From NCBI GenBank assembly GCA_964016885.1, contig OZ024754.1, positions 15,624,001-15,688,000 on the forward strand: DNA of 64,000 bases, written 5' to 3'. This document shows positions 53,501 through 64,000 of this stretch, piece by piece; the stretch's first letter is position 1; every line of letters begins with the position of its first letter. Source of the stretch: Eledone cirrhosa. Taxonomy: Eukaryota. A model generated the notes under the pieces. That model searched no databases. It had not been told where the DNA came from and worked only from the letters and a program-made list of their open reading frames with translations. The position numbers and the translations under genes are program-made.

Positions 53501-56500
53501 ACCACCACCTACCTACACACTACCACCTACCTACACACTACCACCTACCTACACACACTACCCTACCTACACACTACCACCTACCTACACACTACCATCT
53601 ACCTACACACTACCATCTACCTACACACTACCACCTACCTACACACTGCCACCTACCTACACACTACCACCTACCTACACACCAACCACCTACCTACACA
53701 CTAACACCTACCTACACACTACCACCTACCTACACACTACCACCTACCTACACACACTACCACCTACCTACACACTACCACCTACCTACACACACCACCT
53801 ACCTACACACTACCACCTACCTACACACTACCACCTACCTACACACTACCACCTACCTACACACTACCACCTACCTACACACTACCATCTACCTACACAC
53901 TACCACCTACCTACACACTGCCACCTACCTACACACTACCACCTACCTACACACTACCACCTACCTACACACTACCACCTACCTACACACACTACCACCT
54001 ACCTACACACACTACCACCTACCTACACACTACCACCTACCTACACACTACCACCTACCTACACACTAACACCTACCTACACACTACCACCTACCTACAC
54101 ACTAACACCTACCTACACACTAACACCTACCTACACACTAACACCTACCTACACACTAACACCTACCTACACACTACCACCTACCTACACACTACCACCT
54201 ACCTACACACTACCACCTACCTACACACTACCACCTACCTACACACACTACCACCTACCTACACACTACCACCTACCTACACACTAACACCTACCTACAC
54301 ACTACCACCTACCTACACACTACCACCTACCTACACACTACCACCTACCTACACACTACCACCTACCTACACACTACCACCTACCTACACACACTACCAC
54401 CTACCTACGACACTACCACCTACCTACACACTACCACCTACCTACACACTACCACCTACCTACACACTACCACCTACCTACACACTCACCTACCTACACA
54501 CTACCACCTACCTACACACTACCACCTACCTACACACACTACCACCTACCTACACACTACCACCTACCTACACACTAACACCTACCTACACACTACCACC
54601 TACCTACACACTACCACCTACCTACACACACTAACACCTACCTACACTCTACCACCTACCTACACACTACACCTACCTACACACTACCACCTACCTACAC
54701 ACTACCACCTACCTACACACTACCACCTACCTACACACTACCACCTACCTACACACACTAACACCTACCTACACTCTACCACCTACCTACACACTGCCAC
54801 CTACCTACACACTACCACCTACCTACACACTACCACCTACCTACACACTACCACCTACCTACACACACTAACCACCTACCTACACTCTACCACCTACCTA
54901 CACACTGCCACCTACCTACACACTACCACCTACCTACACACTACCACCTACCTACACACTACCACCTACCTACACACTAACACCTACCTACACACACTAC
55001 CACCTACCTACACACTAACACCTACCTACACACTACCACCTACCTACACACTACCACCTACCTACACACTACCACCTACCTACACACTACCACCTACCTA
55101 CACACTACCACCTACCTACACACTACACCTACCTACACACTACACCTACCTACACACTACCACCTACCTACACACTACCACCTACCTACACACTACCACC
55201 TACCTACACACTACCACCCTACCTACACACTACCACCCTACCCTACACACTACCACCTACCTACACAACTACCACCTACCTACACACTACCACCTACCTA
55301 CACACTACACCTACCTACACACTACACCTACCTACACACTACCACCTACCTACACACTACCACCTACCTACACACTACCACCTACCTACACACTACCACC
55401 TACCTACACACTACCACCTACCTACACACTACCACCTACCTACACACTACCAACCTACCTACACACTAACCACCTACACCACTACACAACCTACACACTA
55501 CCACCTACCTACACACTACCACCTACCTACACACTACCACTACCTACACACTACCACCTACCTACACACTACCACCTACCTACACACTACCACCTACCTA
55601 CACACTACCACCTACCTACACACTACCACCTACCTACACACTACCACCTACCTACACACTACCACCTACCTACACACTACCACCTACCTACACACCACCA
55701 CTACCTACACACTACCACCTCACCTACCTACACACTACCACCTACCTACACACTACCACCTACCTACACACTACCACCTACCTCTACACTACCACCTACC
55801 TACACACTACCACCTACCTACACACTACCACCTACCTACACACTACCACCTACCTACACACTACCACCTACCTACACACTACCACCTACCTACACACTAC
55901 CAACCTACCTACACCACTACCACCTACCTACACACTACCACCTACCTACACACTACCACCTACCTACACACTACCACCTACCTACACACTACCACCTACC
56001 TACACACTACCACCTACCTACACACTGCCACCTACCTACACACTACCACCTACCTACACACTACCACCTACCTACACACTAACACCTACCTACACACTAC
56101 CAACCTACCTACACACTACCACCTACCTACACACACTACCACCTACCTACACACTACCACCTACCTACACACCACCACCTACCTACACACTACCACCTAC
56201 CTACACACTACCACCTACCTACACACACTACCACCTACCTACACACTACCACCTACCTACACACTACCACCTACCTACACACTACCACCTACCTACACAC
56301 TACCACCTACCTACACACTACCACCTACCTACACACACTACCACCTACCTACACACTACCACCTACCTACACACACTACCACCTACCTACACACCCTACC
56401 ACCTACCTACACACTACCACCTACCTACACACTACCACCTACCTACACACTAACACCTACCTACACACTACCACCTACCTACACACTACCACCTACCTAC

Positions 56501-59500
56501 ACACTAACACCTACCTACACACTACCACCTACCTACACACCTACCACCTACCTACACACTACCACCTACCTACACACTACCACCTACCTACACACTACCA
56601 CCTACCTACACACTACCACCTACCTACACACACTACCACCTACCTACACACTACCACCTACCTACACACTAACACCTACCTACACACTACCACCTACCTA
56701 CACACTACCACCTACCTACACACTACCACCTACCTACACACTACCACCTACCTACACACTACCACCTACCTACACACTACACCTACCTAACACTACCACC
56801 TACCTACACACTACCACCTACCTACACACTACCACCTACCTACACACTACCACCTACCTACACACTACCACCTACCTACACACTACCACCTACCTACACA
56901 CTACCACCTACCTACACACACTACCACCTACCTACACACTACCACCTACCTACACACTACCACCTACCTACACACTACCACCTACCTACACACTACCACC
57001 TACCTACACACTACCACCTACCTACACACTACCACCTACCTACACACACTACACCTACCTACACACTACCACCTACCTACACACTACCACCTACCTACAC
57101 ACTACCACCTACCTACACACTACCACCTACCTACAACACTAACACCTACCTACACTCTACCACCTACCTACACACTGCCACCTACCTACACACTACCACC
57201 TACCTACACACTACCACCTACCTACACTCTACCACCTACCTACACACTACACCTACCTACACACTACCACCTACCTACACACTACCACCTACCTACACAC
57301 TACCACCTACCTACACACTACCACCTACCTACACACTACCACCTACCTACACACTACCACCTACCTACACACTACCACCTACCTACACACTACCACCTAC
57401 CTACACACTACCACCTACCTACACACTACACCTACCTACACACTACCACCTACCTACACACTACCACCTACCTACACACTACCACCTACCTACACACTAA
57501 CACCTACCTACACACTACCACCTACCTACACACTACCACCTACCTACACACTACCACCTACCTACACACTACCACCTACCTACACACTACCACCTACCTA
57601 CACACTACACCTACCTACACACACTACCACCTACCTACACACTACCACCTACCTACACACTACCACCTACCTACACACTACCACCTACCTACACACTACA
57701 CCTACCTACCACACTACACCTACCTACACACTACCACCTACCTACACACTACCACCTACCTACACACACTACCACCTACCTACACACTAACACCTACCTA
57801 CACACTACCACCTACCTACACATACCTACTACACACTAACACCTACCTACACACACACCTACTACACACTACCACCTAACCTACACACTACCACCTCACC
57901 CTACCTACACACTACCACCTACCTACCACACTACCACCTACCTACACACTACCACCTACCTACACACTACCACCTACCTACACACTAACACCTACCTACA
58001 CACTACCACCTACCTACACACACTACCACCTACCTACACACTACCACCTACCTACACACTACCACCTACCTACACACTACCACCTACCTACACACTACCA
58101 CCTACCTACACACTACCACCTACCTACACACTCACCACCTACCTACACACCTACCACCTACTACACACTACCACCTACCTACACACTACCACCTACCTAC
58201 ACACTACCACCTACCTACACACACTACCACCTACCTACACACTACCACCTACCTACACACTACCACCTACCTACACACTACCACCTACCTACACACTACC
58301 ACCTACCTACACACTACCACCTACCTACCACACTACCACCTACCTACAACACTACCACCTACCTACACACTACCACCTACCTACACACTACCACCTACCT
58401 ACACACTACCACCTACCTACACACTACCACCTACCTACACACACTTCCACCTACCTACACACTACCACCTACCTACCACACTACCACCTACCTACACACT
58501 ACCACCTACCTACACACTACCACCTACCTACACACTACCACCTACCTACACACACTTCCACCTACCTACACACTACCACCTACCTACACACTACCACCTA
58601 CCTACACACTACACCTACCTACACACACTACCACCTACCTACACACTACCACCTACCTACACACTACCACCTACCTACACACTACCACCTACCTACACAC
58701 TACCACCTACCTACACACTACACCTACCTACACACTACCACCTACCTACACACTACCACCTACCTACACACTACCACCTACCTACACACTACGCACCTAC
58801 CTACACACTACCACCTACCTACACACATCACCTACCTACACACTACCCTACTACACAACACCTACCTACACACACTACCACCTACCCTACACCACTACCA
58901 CCTACCTACACACCTACCACCTACCTACACACCTACCACCTACCTACACACCACCACCTACCTACACACTACCACCTACTACCACTACCACTACCTACAC
59001 ACACACCTACCTACACACCACACCTACCTACACACTACCACCTACCTACACACTACCACTACCTACACACTAACACCTACCTACACACACTTCACCTACC
59101 TACACACACCACCAACCTACACCACACCTACCACACCCACCTACCTACACACTACACCTACCTACACACACCACCTACCTACACACACAACACCTACCTA
59201 CACACACCACCACCTACACACACTACCACCTACCTACACACACTACCACCTACCTACACACTACCACCTACCTACACACAACCACCTACCTACACCTACA
59301 CCTACCTACACACTACCACCTACCTACACACTACACCTACCTACACACCACCACCTACCTACACACCACCACCTACCTACACACCACCACCAACCTACAC
59401 ACACTACCACCTACCTACACACACTACCACCTACCTACACACTACCACCTACCTACACACTACCACCTACCTACACACTACCACCTACCTACACACTACC

Positions 59501-61297
59501 ACCTTACCTACACACTACCACCTACACACACACCAACACCTACCTACAACACTACCACCTACCTACACACCACCACCTACCTACACACTACCACCTACCT
59601 ACACACCACCACCTACCTACACCACCACCACCTACCTACACACCACCACCTACCTACACACCACACCTACCTACACACTAACACCTACCTACACACTACC
59701 ACCTACCCTACACACCACCACCTACCTACACACTACCACCTACCTACACACCTACACCTACCTACACACCACCACCTACCTACACACTACCACCTACCTA
59801 CACACCACCCACCTACCTACACACCACCACCTACCTACACACCACCACCTACCTACACACTAACACCTACCTACACACTACCACCTACCTACACACCACC
59901 ACCTACCTACACACCACCACCTACCTACACACTACCACCTACCTACACACTACCACCTACCTACACACCTACCACCTACCTACACACCACCACCTACCTA
60001 CACACTACCACCTACCTACACACCACCACCTACCTACACACCACCACCTACCTACACACTACCACCTACCTACACACTACACCTACCTACACCACCACCT
60101 ACCTACACACTACACCACCTACACACACCACCTACCTACACACACCACCTACCTACACTACACCACCTACCTACACAACCTACCACACACCTACCTACCA
60201 CACACCACCTACCTACACACCACCACCTACCTACACACCACCACCTAACCCTACACCTACCTACCCACTCACCTACCTACACACTACACCTACCTACACA
60301 CACCACCTACCTACCCACCACCTACCTACACACTACCACCTACCTACACACTACCACCTACCTACACACCTACCACCTACCTACACACCACCTACCTACA
60401 CACTAACACCTACCTACACACTACCACCTACCTACACACTACCACCTACCTACACACTACCACCTACCTAACACTACACACACACCTACACACCTACACA
60501 CACTCCACCTACTACACACTACCACCTACCTACACACTACCACCTACTACACACTACCACCTACCTACACACTACCACCTACCTACACACTACCACCTAC
60601 CTACACACTACCACCTACCTACACACCTACCACCCTACCTAACACCTCACCTGCCACCTACTACACACTACCACCTACCTACACACTACCACCTACCTAC
60701 ACACTAACCACCTACCTACACACTACCACCTACCTACACACTACCACCTACCTACACACTACACCTACCTACACACTACCACCTACCTACACACTACCAC
60801 CTACCTACACACAGCCACCTACCTACACACTACCACCTACCCTACACACTACCACCTACCTACAACACTAACAACCACCTACCTACACACACTACCACCT
60901 ACCTACACACTACACCTACCTACACACTACCACCTACCTACACACTACCACCTACCTACACACTACCACCTACCTAACACACTAACACCTACCTACACCA
61001 CTACCACCTACCTACCACTACCACCTACCTACACACTACCACCTACCTACAAACACTACACCTACCTACACTCTACCACCTACCTACATACTGCCACCTA
61101 CCTACACACTACCACCTACCTAAACACTACACCTACCTAAACATAGCACTACTACACACTACCATCTACCTACACACTACCACCTACCTACACACTACCA
61201 CCACCTACACACTACCCTACTACACACTACCACCTACCAACACACTACACCTACTTACACACTACCACCTACCTACACACTACCACCTACCCTACAC
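44581..61297. repeat. 18-bp C-rich satellite ACACACTACCACCTACCT (~16.7 kb)
   Basis: Direct reading; variants TAA/TAG/TGC/CAC at one position and 20-bp +AC units; runs into the gap. Confidence 0.97.
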
Positions 61298-61497
61298 NNN
61301 NNNNNNNNNNNNNNNNNNNNNNNNNNNNNNNNNNNNNNNNNNNNNNNNNNNNNNNNNNNNNNNNNNNNNNNNNNNNNNNNNNNNNNNNNNNNNNNNNNNN
61401 NNNNNNNNNNNNNNNNNNNNNNNNNNNNNNNNNNNNNNNNNNNNNNNNNNNNNNNNNNNNNNNNNNNNNNNNNNNNNNNNNNNNNNNNNNNNNNNNN
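61298..61497. other. Assembly gap (200 N)
   Basis: Run of N of round length, typical of a scaffolding join. Confidence 0.99.

Positions 61498-64000
<2,503 letters not shown>

Noticed and set aside
44581-61297. Telomere repeat
   Set aside because: It is not TTAGGG-type, the G-rich strand points into the unique sequence rather than toward the gap, and sequence continues beyond the gap.
54400-61297. Increasing divergence of satellite toward the gap as an evolutionary gradient
   Set aside because: It is mostly single-base indels rising toward the contig end, more consistent with low-coverage consensus error.

Overview
This is AT-rich, repeat-only animal DNA with no host gene visible. Its SINEs resemble the octopus OK/OR families from memory, so a cephalopod is likely (inference). 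The layout is an 18-bp satellite (1-5890), a ~38.5 kb block of nested retroelements and (TA)n/(CA)n microsatellites (5.9-44.5 kb), a second 18-bp C-rich satellite (44.6-61.3 kb), a 200-N gap and a (TA)n-derived array. The centrepiece is an ~11.3 kb near-perfect fold-back of a Penelope-like element (PLE; RT with YRDD plus C-terminal GIY-YIG). It has an in-frame 765-bp duplication of the RT core, a 3.2-kb microsatellite-filled 3' region and a hammerhead ribozyme (HHR) at each outer end. Manual reading found about 20 type I HHR motifs (intact to decayed) from many PLE or retrozyme-like families. Most have a short palindromic stem III, and several have an unusually long (~90-115 nt) stem II. Three more palindromic insertions occur, one folding back exactly at a ribozyme stem II loop, along with several 0.5-0.7 kb terminally redundant non-coding units. 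An RTE-group LINE with twin-priming-type inversion, RTE and Vingi/Ingi fragments and a piggyBac-type MITE are also present. Most long ORFs in the track are satellite or microsatellite artefacts. All ribozyme calls are manual pairings, not computed or tested.
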